Below are positions 7,301-15,360 of a DNA stretch of 64,000 nucleotides, piece by piece. The first letter of the stretch is position 1. Each line of letters starts with the position of its first letter. Below the pieces are notes generated by a model. That model had not been told where the DNA came from, did not search any database, and was given only the letters and a program-made list of their open reading frames with translations. The position numbers and the translations under genes were made by a program. Source of the DNA: a virus; IMG/VR virus record IMGVR_UViG_3300021963_000097, positions 1 to 64,000 of that record; one strand, written 5' to 3'.

Positions 7301-7654
7301 ATGATTAATACTCCTAACAAACTATTACTAACGTGCAACATTACCGGCAAGGTCGTCACCTGGACCAATAAGACGATCATTGCTGCTAAGATCGCTCAGC
7401 ATGGCTCATTAGAAGCCTTCTTATCAGCTTATGTAAGCAAGGGTGCCGGTAAGGTAAGTACTGGTATGAAAGAAGATCGTGCCCAACGTGCTGCATCGTT
7501 CGGTAAGAAGGCTAAGATCGTTCGCCCATTGCTCGAGCAAGGCGTAGCGCTCGGCAAGCTATCGCCTGCTGAGTATGCTGCTCAGTATACAACGCGCACC
7601 ATCACCTACAAGGATGGAGTCAAGTGCACGGTAGTAGCTCCTAAGGTTAACTAA
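7301..7654 (+). CDS. basic early protein, paralog of 4717..4965
   Basis: Promoter at 7266 identical to the one at 6425; LTCNITGK motif. Confidence 0.7.
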   Translation: MINTPNKLLLTCNITGKVVTWTNKTIIAAKIAQHGSLEAFLSAYVSKGAGKVSTGMKEDRAQRAASFGKKAKIVRPLLEQGVALGKLSPAEYAAQYTTRTITYKDGVKCTVVAPKVN

Positions 7655-7657
7655 ACA

Positions 7658-7678
7658 ATATAGCTCACAGAGCTATAT
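7658..7678. terminator. hairpin after last early gene
   Basis: ATATAGCTC-ACA-GAGCTATAT; no + strand U run. Confidence 0.4.
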
Positions 7679-7910
7679 AAAAGAGATTACAATAGAGAGG
7701 TAGTATCGTACCAGGTAGGGCAGCTCTGAGTGATGGTAGCATCTAGATGGACGGCTAGTCTAATACCAATGGCTCTATTAGCGACCGGGTATCCTATAGA
7801 CCAACGGTCATAATGCACCCTAAGCGCGGGAATTAGATTTATATATACAGGGTTCTTGAACACTGGTTTCTCTGCATGCAAACCTTTTTCAGTTTTTTCC
7901 GGGTTAATTT

Positions 7911-8017
7911 CCTATATAGGGCTCCCTCCGTTAATCCCGTTTATCTAGTAACCGCGATTTTTTTGCGCGTATATTTTTTTGGGGGAAATACCTATATAGG
8001 GAGTCTCGATAAATCCC
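7911..8017. repeat. two CCTATATAGG palindromes, each followed by (A/T)AATCCC, among T-tracts
   Basis: 7911-7920 and 7991-8000; related copy at 17-47. Confidence 0.7.
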
Positions 8018-8037
8018 TTAACGGTTACTTGTAATAC

Positions 8038-8802
8038 TTATTTCTCTTTAGAAGAGAGTTTAAAGTCGAAAGCTTGCTCGAAGGCCTCGGGTGCAGCCTT
8101 ATAACTCTTCTGCGTTTCATCTTTAGCGTTATCCGTATACTGCCAATTAAAGGTTAGTTGTTCGGGTACTTCGAACCCATAGAACGATAATACCTTTTTC
8201 TGCGTATCGATTACCTGAGAGCCGTTCCAGTTCTGGCCTACTACGATAAGACCTGCAACTTTGCCTTCTATAATGTTATCTTGTTCGAGCGTGGTGTGAC
8301 GGTTTTCAATCCAGTTTAGACGCTCTATAAGTGTCTGGTAAATGCTATTGGTCTGACCCCATCTTACGCTTACAAAGAATATTACGGCATCGGCTTCAAA
8401 TAACTCTTTAGATATCTTCCAGAGTTCATCATCCTTGTTATTGACAGAGGCCCAGCACCGGTGATCGCCTGAGGGGTTCTTTTCTTTATCTTTTAAGGTA
8501 GCTTCTTTTACTCCGCAGTTATTGCCGGTAGACTTACTCACATTACCTTCACAGCAATGTATCTTGAGCTTGCTGACATCGATTACTTTAACGTTTTTAC
8601 CTACGAGAAACGATTCAATGTGCCAGGCCAGTTGCGTACTCTTAGGCATTTCTTTATCACCTTCCCACCTATTACTGGTAGTCAGGAACAGTATATTTTC
8701 TTTATCCTTTAAGTACTCTACCATGGCCTCTACCTTGCTCGTATAAACGGCCGGGTTGTTGGATATGTTCACCTCTTGTAATATCTTTAAGAACCGGCTC
8801 AT
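8038..8802 (-). CDS. flavodoxin-fold NAD(P)H-dependent FMN reductase / iron-sulfur flavoprotein-like
   Basis: 'TTSNR', 'KSTQLA', 'CCEGNVS..C', 'C', 'ADAVIF..VRWG', 'ERL', 'GKVAG' motifs. Confidence 0.7.
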   Translation of the reverse strand: MSRFLKILQEVNISNNPAVYTSKVEAMVEYLKDKENILFLTTSNRWEGDKEMPKSTQLAWHIESFLVGKNVKVIDVSKLKIHCCEGNVSKSTGNNCGVKEATLKDKEKNPSGDHRCWASVNNKDDELWKISKELFEADAVIFFVSVRWGQTNSIYQTLIERLNWIENRHTTLEQDNIIEGKVAGLIVVGQNWNGSQVIDTQKKVLSFYGFEVPEQLTFNWQYTDNAKDETQKSYKAAPEAFEQAFDFKLSSKEK

Positions 8803-8891
8803 TATATTTGTAGTTACTTATTAAGAAACGGTAATTTATATGCTATATATTTAAGGCTTGCATCTAACAGTATTTCCTCCATAATGTGAGT

Positions 8892-9353
8892 ATGAAATTA
8901 GTTAACACCACAAGCGTACCCGATACCGTGCTTAAGCAAGTCATTAAGTACTGTCTTCCTAAGGGACTTTGCCTTAATGACTTTAACGAGATTGACTTTG
9001 GTAATACCGAACGCGGGTTTCATGGACGTGCTTGGTGGGATACGTTACGCGTGCATGTTGGCGTTCCCCGGTATACGCGGTACCGTACTCAGAGATACTC
9101 GGGAGGGTTCCGCGGGTATTTGCCGATTAATATCTATTCGTGGGAAGAGCATTTGGTAGAACTCGTCGCTCACGAACTACGTCATATCTGGCAATACAAG
9201 AACAGCAAGCGCTTACCACGCGAAGTAAAGCGTATCCGCAAACTGAACCTAGGTACCCGCGCTGACCTCTCTGAGGTAGATGCCTCGTTATATGCTAAGA
9301 GAGTGGTACGGATGTACCGTAAAGATAGTACCTTTAAGGTTAATCGTACGTAG
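8892..9353 (+). CDS. putative zinc metallopeptidase (HExxH), SprT-like
   Basis: 'LVAHELRHIWQ'; promoter TTGCAT(8858)-N16-CATAAT-6nt-ATG. Confidence 0.6.
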   Translation: MKLVNTTSVPDTVLKQVIKYCLPKGLCLNDFNEIDFGNTERGFHGRAWWDTLRVHVGVPRYTRYRTQRYSGGFRGYLPINIYSWEEHLVELVAHELRHIWQYKNSKRLPREVKRIRKLNLGTRADLSEVDASLYAKRVVRMYRKDSTFKVNRT

Positions 9354-9435
9354 GCTTGGGATGAGAGCTACGCTCTCGTGTGTTATAAGAATGCTTAGGC
9401 ACTAGCAAAGAATACAATCAAGAGTAATTAGTAAT

Positions 9436-10077
9436 ATGATTATACCGGTATTTAATTCCCAGATTGCAGTATATCAATTTGATCAGATGGAGTTGTACGG
9501 CCCGGGAACTCCTTTTGCTTCTAAGGTTGATGATTACTTTAATGATGAAATTTTTGCTCAAAACAAGCCGGACGAGGTCTCCGGTAAGACTATAACATCG
9601 CTCGGCTACGCCCAGTTGCGCCCGTTAAAAAAAGCTCTTGATTTTGACACCAACACATTAGGTAAATGGATTGATAGTACTATTATGCAAGGAGCGCATG
9701 ATATTGGCCTAAAACCTCAAGAGCCGTTTACTTTAACTCGTAACTGGGGTAACCGGATATATCAACATGCTAGTGTACGGTGTCATACTCATACGCGACC
9801 GGGGTGCCATATAGTGGGGGTATTTTATTATGAGGCTCCCGCCCAGAGTGCAGATATAGTATTTGTTAATAACCGTACGGAGAACGTTGAGCTATCCCAC
9901 TACCCAGAAAGCGAACGCTTTAGAGTTAGTCCTAAGCCCGGAATGCTTATATGTCACAGCCCTTGGTTAGTACACGGTACCGATGCCCATTTATTAGACC
10001 AAGTACGTACTTGTTTTGTATACGAGGGTACGTTTCTTAATATGGCTATTAGAACGTTACGCGAGCCTCAGTTCTAG
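9436..10077 (+). CDS. 2OG-Fe(II) oxygenase (TIGR02466-like)
   Basis: 'WGN...HTH...GVFY...G.L...WLVH...R' pattern. Confidence 0.7.
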   Translation: MIIPVFNSQIAVYQFDQMELYGPGTPFASKVDDYFNDEIFAQNKPDEVSGKTITSLGYAQLRPLKKALDFDTNTLGKWIDSTIMQGAHDIGLKPQEPFTLTRNWGNRIYQHASVRCHTHTRPGCHIVGVFYYEAPAQSADIVFVNNRTENVELSHYPESERFRVSPKPGMLICHSPWLVHGTDAHLLDQVRTCFVYEGTFLNMAIRTLREPQF

Positions 10078-10088
10078 TAAGTAAATGG

Positions 10089-10259
10089 GTGGAAACTCAA
10101 ACTACTTTCTGGGAATACGACTTTCAACTCTTATCGGATGGGAGTATCTTGTTCGATAAAAACTTGCAAGGCGAGCAATTGAACATAGTTACGGGCGATC
10201 TATTTGAAGCGATTATAGTGCCCGATGCCGGGATTATGCTAAAGCGTCTGCCTAAGTAA
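10089..10259 (+). CDS. 56-aa hypothetical protein (GTG start)
   Basis: TAAGTA 5 nt upstream; fills the gap; 'LNIVTGDLFE' weakly AbrB-like. Confidence 0.5.
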   Translation: METQTTFWEYDFQLLSDGSILFDKNLQGEQLNIVTGDLFEAIIVPDAGIMLKRLPK

Positions 10260-10265
10260 TATTTT

Positions 10266-10925
10266 ATGAACGCCTCGAAGCACAGCCGTCAACTCCTTAC
10301 AGAAAAGTATCTTGAAATTGCTCAGTTAAATGAATCGAGCGCAGAAGCTGTTAAAAATGCAGTTTCTCGTCGTATTGTTAATCAACATATTGAATTAATT
10401 GCTAAATACGGAATTGAAGAAGTAACGAATGCTATTGAAGACATTGCGAGCGGGATGGAGGAAGAGGACTTAGAAGAAATCGGTAGTAGTGATGTAAGTT
10501 ATTGGGTATCGTGTGTTATTAAAATGTTAGAGAAGAGAGGCCCTAACTCTAACCCTGTACGTACTGAAGCAAAGGGAATAAAGAACCCTAATGATGGTAA
10601 AGAATATGAATACTATAATGATTCGTACGAGTATGAAGGAGTTCCTTATAACGTTTATGCTAATTTCTTTAAAGAACAAAAGCCTACAGGCTTTAAGCCT
10701 GGCAAAGACAGCGAGCGTGGTTACGGCGGAAGGGATGTGTATTCCTCAGTAGCTACAGACCTTGATGACTTAGTAGTATACAAATACGATACCAATACCG
10801 ATAAAGAGACTCAAGTACTTGATCCTAAGTTACTTGAGATGATCGGTAAAGATATACTCGAGTTATATAATAGCAATTCTGATAACGGCGGCGAACGTAG
10901 TATGGGTCCTGATGTTCGCGGTTAA
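10266..10925 (+). CDS. hypothetical late protein, possibly head-internal
   Basis: TAAGTA 7 nt upstream; N-terminal LLTEKY. Confidence 0.7.
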   Translation: MNASKHSRQLLTEKYLEIAQLNESSAEAVKNAVSRRIVNQHIELIAKYGIEEVTNAIEDIASGMEEEDLEEIGSSDVSYWVSCVIKMLEKRGPNSNPVRTEAKGIKNPNDGKEYEYYNDSYEYEGVPYNVYANFFKEQKPTGFKPGKDSERGYGGRDVYSSVATDLDDLVVYKYDTNTDKETQVLDPKLLEMIGKDILELYNSNSDNGGERSMGPDVRG

Positions 10926-10939
10926 AACTTTTATATCTT

Positions 10940-11188
10940 ATGGCTTTAAATCACTTATTAACGGAAAAGTATCTTAACTTACGTAATGTAAAAGAAGCAG
11001 CAGGTAGTCATATAGCTCCTGAGCAAGCATTTAATATCATACAAAGTAAATTTGAAATAGGAAGTATTGCTGCTGTTGAAGTAACTACTCATTACGGTAA
11101 TATGGTATTGCCTATGGTTGAGATATGGGAGCAAGATGGCGTGTTAAAGATTTCAGTTGATGTAAGTCAGCACCTCGACAAGCTATAA
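10940..11188 (+). CDS. hypothetical protein
   Basis: N-terminal LLTEKY identical to the upstream gene. Confidence 0.65.
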   Translation: MALNHLLTEKYLNLRNVKEAAGSHIAPEQAFNIIQSKFEIGSIAAVEVTTHYGNMVLPMVEIWEQDGVLKISVDVSQHLDKL

Positions 11189-11192
11189 TAAC

Positions 11193-11843
11193 ATGACGTT
11201 TAGTGAATACTTTAATCTCTGGGAAGCCAAGCAGCGATTAGATCCTAAGTGCTGGGCTGGTTACCGTAAAGATGGTACCAAGATGAAAGGCGGTAAGCGG
11301 GTTAACAACTGTGTTAAAGAGAATCTCACTGAAGCGTATAAAATATCATCTAGCTTTAGTGATTTACCAGAAACTGCGCCGCATGGTTTCTGGATAACTA
11401 AAGACGGTAAAATTATAGTAGTATCACGCATGTACGGTCATGATGAAGTACTCCAACAAATAATACCAGATGAGTTAAAAGGAGCAATCGGTATGAAGGC
11501 TCTTGATATTGCTCTAAAGCTTGGAATGATGCGAGTGGCTAAGACTGGCGGCTCTTATGAAATAACTTACCATCCTTTATATATGAAAGGAACTGCTGCA
11601 AAGAAGACAGCTAAAGATATTGCTGCATTTTATGGTATGGGTATAATTGATAACTTTAATTTTTATGAAGAAAACTTTGCTGATGGCAAGAACCCCCAAC
11701 ATAAGGGTGATAGCAAACGTTACGGGGTACCTACTAAGTCTTCTGTGAGTAATTTACGTAAGGTAGCTAAACAAGGCGGCCGCAAAGGACAGTTAGCACA
11801 TTGGATGGCTAATATGAAAGCAGGTAAGGCTAAGAAGAAATAA
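11193..11843 (+). CDS. modular hypothetical protein of T4-like aquatic phages
   Basis: 'KCWAGY..GTKMKGGKRVNNCVK' and 'ENFADGKNP..AHW.ANMK' modules. Confidence 0.7.
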   Translation: MTFSEYFNLWEAKQRLDPKCWAGYRKDGTKMKGGKRVNNCVKENLTEAYKISSSFSDLPETAPHGFWITKDGKIIVVSRMYGHDEVLQQIIPDELKGAIGMKALDIALKLGMMRVAKTGGSYEITYHPLYMKGTAAKKTAKDIAAFYGMGIIDNFNFYEENFADGKNPQHKGDSKRYGVPTKSSVSNLRKVAKQGGRKGQLAHWMANMKAGKAKKK

Positions 11844-11895
11844 CTTGATTTAATTGTTGGTTAATATAAGATATATGTGAAAGGAGAAAACACAT

Positions 11896-12111
11896 ATGCC
11901 AACACACAATAAATCAGGCTATGAAATCAGACTCGAACTGTTACAAATGGCGATGTCACTGGTCAACGACCGGTACCATACATCATTAAATAGCCAGCGG
12001 GAGTACGCAGAGAAGACCGGTCAGTCTTCTTATGAAGTACCCGAAGACAATCGTGTAGCTAACGCTATTACGATTGCAGCAGAGTTATATGGTTTCGTAG
12101 GTACGAAGTAA
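11896..12111 (+). CDS. conserved small phage protein
   Basis: 'GYEIRLELL.MA...A.ELY.FV'; one of the few genes with an AAGGAG SD. Confidence 0.7.
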   Translation: MPTHNKSGYEIRLELLQMAMSLVNDRYHTSLNSQREYAEKTGQSSYEVPEDNRVANAITIAAELYGFVGTK

Positions 12112-12139
12112 AAACTCGTATTAATAGTTAATTAGATTC

Positions 12140-12175
12140 ATAGGGCTTAGGTTTATTCCTAGGCCCTATTTTTTT
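12140..12175 (+). terminator. rho-independent terminator
   Basis: ATAGGGCTTAGG/CCTAGGCCCTAT stem plus T6. Confidence 0.8.
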
Positions 12176-12209
12176 GTATAAAAATACCCCTAAAGGGGTA
12201 AATAAGTTT

Positions 12210-12443
12210 ATGGCTAACGCAGCAGATAAATATAAAGATAATATAACTGGTAAGTTCTATGTTGATACTCAATGCATTGATTGTGATCTATGCAGAGAGA
12301 CTGCACCGGACTTCTTTACCCGTAATGAAGACGGAGGTTATAGTTATGTTCACACTCAACCGGTTACGGAGAGTGATATTGCACAATGTATGGAAGCTCT
12401 TCAAGGGTGCCCAGTTGAAGCAATCGGTAATGATGGACCGTAA
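12210..12443 (+). CDS. single-cluster [4Fe-4S]/[3Fe-4S] ferredoxin (start revised)
   Basis: CIDCDLC...CP motif; TAAATA 5 nt before ATG 12210. Confidence 0.9.
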   Translation: MANAADKYKDNITGKFYVDTQCIDCDLCRETAPDFFTRNEDGGYSYVHTQPVTESDIAQCMEALQGCPVEAIGNDGP

Positions 12444-12451
12444 GTAACTAT

Positions 12452-12763
12452 ATGAACGAACAGCACGCAACAATGGAAGTACCAGAATGGTCTGCTAAGA
12501 TCTGTGCTGCTATGGTTGCTGGTGGGTACAGTCAAAAGACCTTTGAGGCTGATGATGTAGTACGTATCTTTAAAGAAGAAATGGATGACGCTCTCAGTAC
12601 TCTTGAAGTCTGGACCGCATTACAAGATGCCGTAGGCGAGGGGTTTATGGTAGTTAACCGCTTGGGCCAGTACAGGTTAACAACTTCTGGGGTAGAAATG
12701 GGTACCTATATACTGAGAGACATGGATACCGGATTAGACGATTTAGGTATACAAAAGATGTAA
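12452..12763 (+). CDS. hypothetical protein (possible winged helix)
   Basis: 'YRLTTSG' wing-like end; TAAGTA upstream. Confidence 0.6.
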   Translation: MNEQHATMEVPEWSAKICAAMVAGGYSQKTFEADDVVRIFKEEMDDALSTLEVWTALQDAVGEGFMVVNRLGQYRLTTSGVEMGTYILRDMDTGLDDLGIQKM

Positions 12764-12771
12764 ATAACTTT

Positions 12772-13053
12772 ATGCAAGACCGTAGCTTTAATAAACTCGT
12801 ACAATTACTCGAAACCATTGATCCTAATCTTAATGATAACCCGGCACCGGTCGGCGAGGATCATGAAGTGAGTATGGCAACCACTCAGATAGATAACATT
12901 ATAGCTAATGCTGTTAAGATTAAAGAGATGATGCAATCTCTCTCGACGGAAGAAGATGTTGAAGCCTGGATTCAGTCCAAGCTTACGCTTGCTGATAGTT
13001 ATTTAAACTCAGTGAGCGGGGCAATGCGCACTGATATAAAGCTCGGACAGTAA
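12772..13053 (+). CDS. hypothetical protein
   Basis: 'EAWIQSKLTLA.SYL.SV' module of T4-like phages; TAAATA upstream. Confidence 0.65.
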   Translation: MQDRSFNKLVQLLETIDPNLNDNPAPVGEDHEVSMATTQIDNIIANAVKIKEMMQSLSTEEDVEAWIQSKLTLADSYLNSVSGAMRTDIKLGQ

Positions 13054-13056
13054 GAC

Positions 13057-13194
13057 TTACTTTCTCTTCTTGCCACGATCAGAACGGGTAGCACGTATTG
13101 TACGAGCCACACCCCCACGCGCTCTTATTACAGATGCTTTCTCTTTAGTTAGAACTGGTATATACCCGATTACTCCATGTACGTTAGTTGCCAT
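13057..13194 (-). CDS. 45-aa basic peptide ending RSDRGKKRK
   Basis: ATG..TAA in the gap; below the ORF-track cutoff. Confidence 0.5.
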   Translation of the reverse strand: MATNVHGVIGYIPVLTKEKASVIRARGGVARTIRATRSDRGKKRK

Positions 13195-13232
13195 AATTTA
13201 ATTATAATAGATTAAGTTAAAAACTAATCAAC

Positions 13233-13628
13233 TTATTCTTGGTCGGAAATCTTTACTGCCACCATTACGGGGGCTGGTTGAGTTCCATAAGCCATGAAAA
13301 CGAGTTTACCTTTTTCATTTTCTTCTACGGTACCAATATCATGACTCTCTATTTCCATACCGGTAGTTTGGAGTAAGAGCTGAAAAGCTGCTTTCTTGCC
13401 TTCCGTACTTACCTGGGCTTCAATTAATGCTTTAGTAAACACTAGACCAAATTCATTGAGCTCTTTTATTTTAGCGCGATAAAACGCAACGCCTTGTTTT
13501 TGTCCTTCAAAGGTAAACTTATGCTTGCCTTTACATTCGTGGTTAAATACTTCAAAAGCAGGCTTGGCAAACACATTCTCTTCGTGTCTTTCAATTAAGG
13601 TAAAAAATGATTTAGTGTATTTATCCAT
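13233..13628 (-). CDS. hypothetical protein
   Basis: 131 aa; TAAATA 5 nt upstream. Confidence 0.65.
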   Translation of the reverse strand: MDKYTKSFFTLIERHEENVFAKPAFEVFNHECKGKHKFTFEGQKQGVAFYRAKIKELNEFGLVFTKALIEAQVSTEGKKAAFQLLLQTTGMEIESHDIGTVEENEKGKLVFMAYGTQPAPVMVAVKISDQE

Positions 13629-13636
13629 ATGTTTAT

Positions 13637-13897
13637 TTATTGATTACTGGAAAGAGATCGTGCATTGCTTGAAAGTGATTTAATATTATCCACTAGTATC
13701 TGTTCACTGAGAGCAGTATTAAACATAAACTTACCATGGCTAAACCGGTACAGTTGCTTTATACTATCACAAGCAATCTCCTCTCCTTCTTTTAACCCAA
13801 GCTCATTTAATCGGTTTAATATATCCGGACTACTCGGCATAGAGTATACTATGGCGCGCTGCCCGGGAGCAAGATTAGTGAGTACAGTAGGAGGCAC
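13637..13897 (-). CDS. FeoA-like SH3-domain protein
   Basis: 'LTNLAPGQRAIV...LNRLNELGLKEGEEI...LSEQILV'; TAAGTA 6 nt before GTG. Confidence 0.6.
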   Translation of the reverse strand: MPPTVLTNLAPGQRAIVYSMPSSPDILNRLNELGLKEGEEIACDSIKQLYRFSHGKFMFNTALSEQILVDNIKSLSSNARSLSSNQ

Positions 13898-13953
13898 TTT
13901 AATTACTTACCTTTATTATTAGGTTTTTAAAGTAAGTATATCACAATTACTCT

Positions 13954-15357
13954 ATGAATCCTAATTTTAAGAAGAAGAAGCCTTTGCCATATAAAAATTT
14001 AGGGGAGTTGTATACTGAAGCAGTACAAGGGGAGCCCAGTATTAATCGTTTTTTTGAAACGAAAGACTACGAGGTTTATATTGGTAAAAGAAATGATCCC
14101 AAAGACACAAAAGGGTTTGAAGTAGATGAACCCACAGCAGTAAAAATTACTAGAATTATTAATAATATAGACAATAATACAGAAGGATTAATTAAAGACC
14201 TTTTAGAACAAAGTGGGTTTCCTTCAGACGGGGATATTCTTACTTTAACTGTTGAGGCATTTAATAAACAAAACATTGACAGTAAAGAGCTAGAAGAAGT
14301 TATAGAGCAGAAAAAAGGTAAAAAACTTACGCTTCTTGAGGGTAAATTAAACTCTGGGGAGGTATTTAACATTAAAGAAAATGTGTTAGTGCCGGTCGTT
14401 GAACAAATGTACCCGGACATTGACAAAGCGACCCCAAGAGACCTAATTGATAATCTTTTTAAGATAACCCCTTCCCAAAAAACTGTTGGGGTGGGGCCAG
14501 GGGAGGTATGCATTGCTCTTTTTACTAATTCTGTAAAAGGAAGCCCAGGGGATTTAATTTGCGGGGATAAAAAAATTGAAGTTAAAGCCAATGGGGGCCG
14601 TGTAGGTAAATCCGGTTACTCTTTAGGGTTTCCTACATATGCTAAGATAGTATTAAAAAATAGCGCCTCTATAGTTCAATCTAAATATATTATTACAATT
14701 AATAGGGCAGCGCAAAACATTGAAAAAAACGAATATTATAAAAATAATAATAATTTAGTCAGTTATATTGAGAATATTAAAGTCTCTATTAATAATAAAA
14801 ATACAGACAGTAAAAAAATTGAAGAATTAATCCTACAAGGAAAAGAAATTGTTGAATTAAAGCCCCGATTCGCTATTCGGGTCGAGCTTGAAAAAATTAT
14901 TAATGCATTAGAAAATACAATGAAATTTTTATTGTCTGGAAAAACCCCGGCTTGGAGTCAAACTGTTCAAGATTTTTTCTTTAATCACCTCTTAACCCAG
15001 GAACAAATTATTAACGGGCTAATTGAACTAAGATCGGAACCTGATGGGGATTTAGAGTCTCTTAGAGCCGCATTAAGCGGAATTATTACAGATGAAAATT
15101 ACTTTAAAGGGGAAGACGGCAGAAAGAAATTAGATAGGCTAACTTTAGCTATACAGACAGCTAGTTACCAATGCCACGAAAAATTTAATTACCTTTTAGT
15201 TATTAATGAAAGATATAAAGCTGTAAGTTTGAAATTTGATAGTGCAGCCTTGGACGCTAGTTTTAACCAAATGCTAGAATATATTGACAAATACTCATTA
15301 ACCACTGGCTTCGCTAACGACCCAACACGTAAAGCTATTAGTATCGAGTTGCCTTAA
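13954..15357 (+). CDS. PD-(D/E)XK-like putative nuclease-fold protein
   Basis: 'GPGE...GDL...IEVKA'; AT-richer than its neighbours. Confidence 0.5.
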   Translation: MNPNFKKKKPLPYKNLGELYTEAVQGEPSINRFFETKDYEVYIGKRNDPKDTKGFEVDEPTAVKITRIINNIDNNTEGLIKDLLEQSGFPSDGDILTLTVEAFNKQNIDSKELEEVIEQKKGKKLTLLEGKLNSGEVFNIKENVLVPVVEQMYPDIDKATPRDLIDNLFKITPSQKTVGVGPGEVCIALFTNSVKGSPGDLICGDKKIEVKANGGRVGKSGYSLGFPTYAKIVLKNSASIVQSKYIITINRAAQNIEKNEYYKNNNNLVSYIENIKVSINNKNTDSKKIEELILQGKEIVELKPRFAIRVELEKIINALENTMKFLLSGKTPAWSQTVQDFFFNHLLTQEQIINGLIELRSEPDGDLESLRAALSGIITDENYFKGEDGRKKLDRLTLAIQTASYQCHEKFNYLLVINERYKAVSLKFDSAALDASFNQMLEYIDKYSLTTGFANDPTRKAISIELP

Positions 15358-15360
15358 AAA

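Noticed and set aside
7687-7881. Minus-strand 64-aa ORF at the island boundary
   Set aside because: No promoter motif and no recognisable protein features; more likely non-coding boundary DNA.
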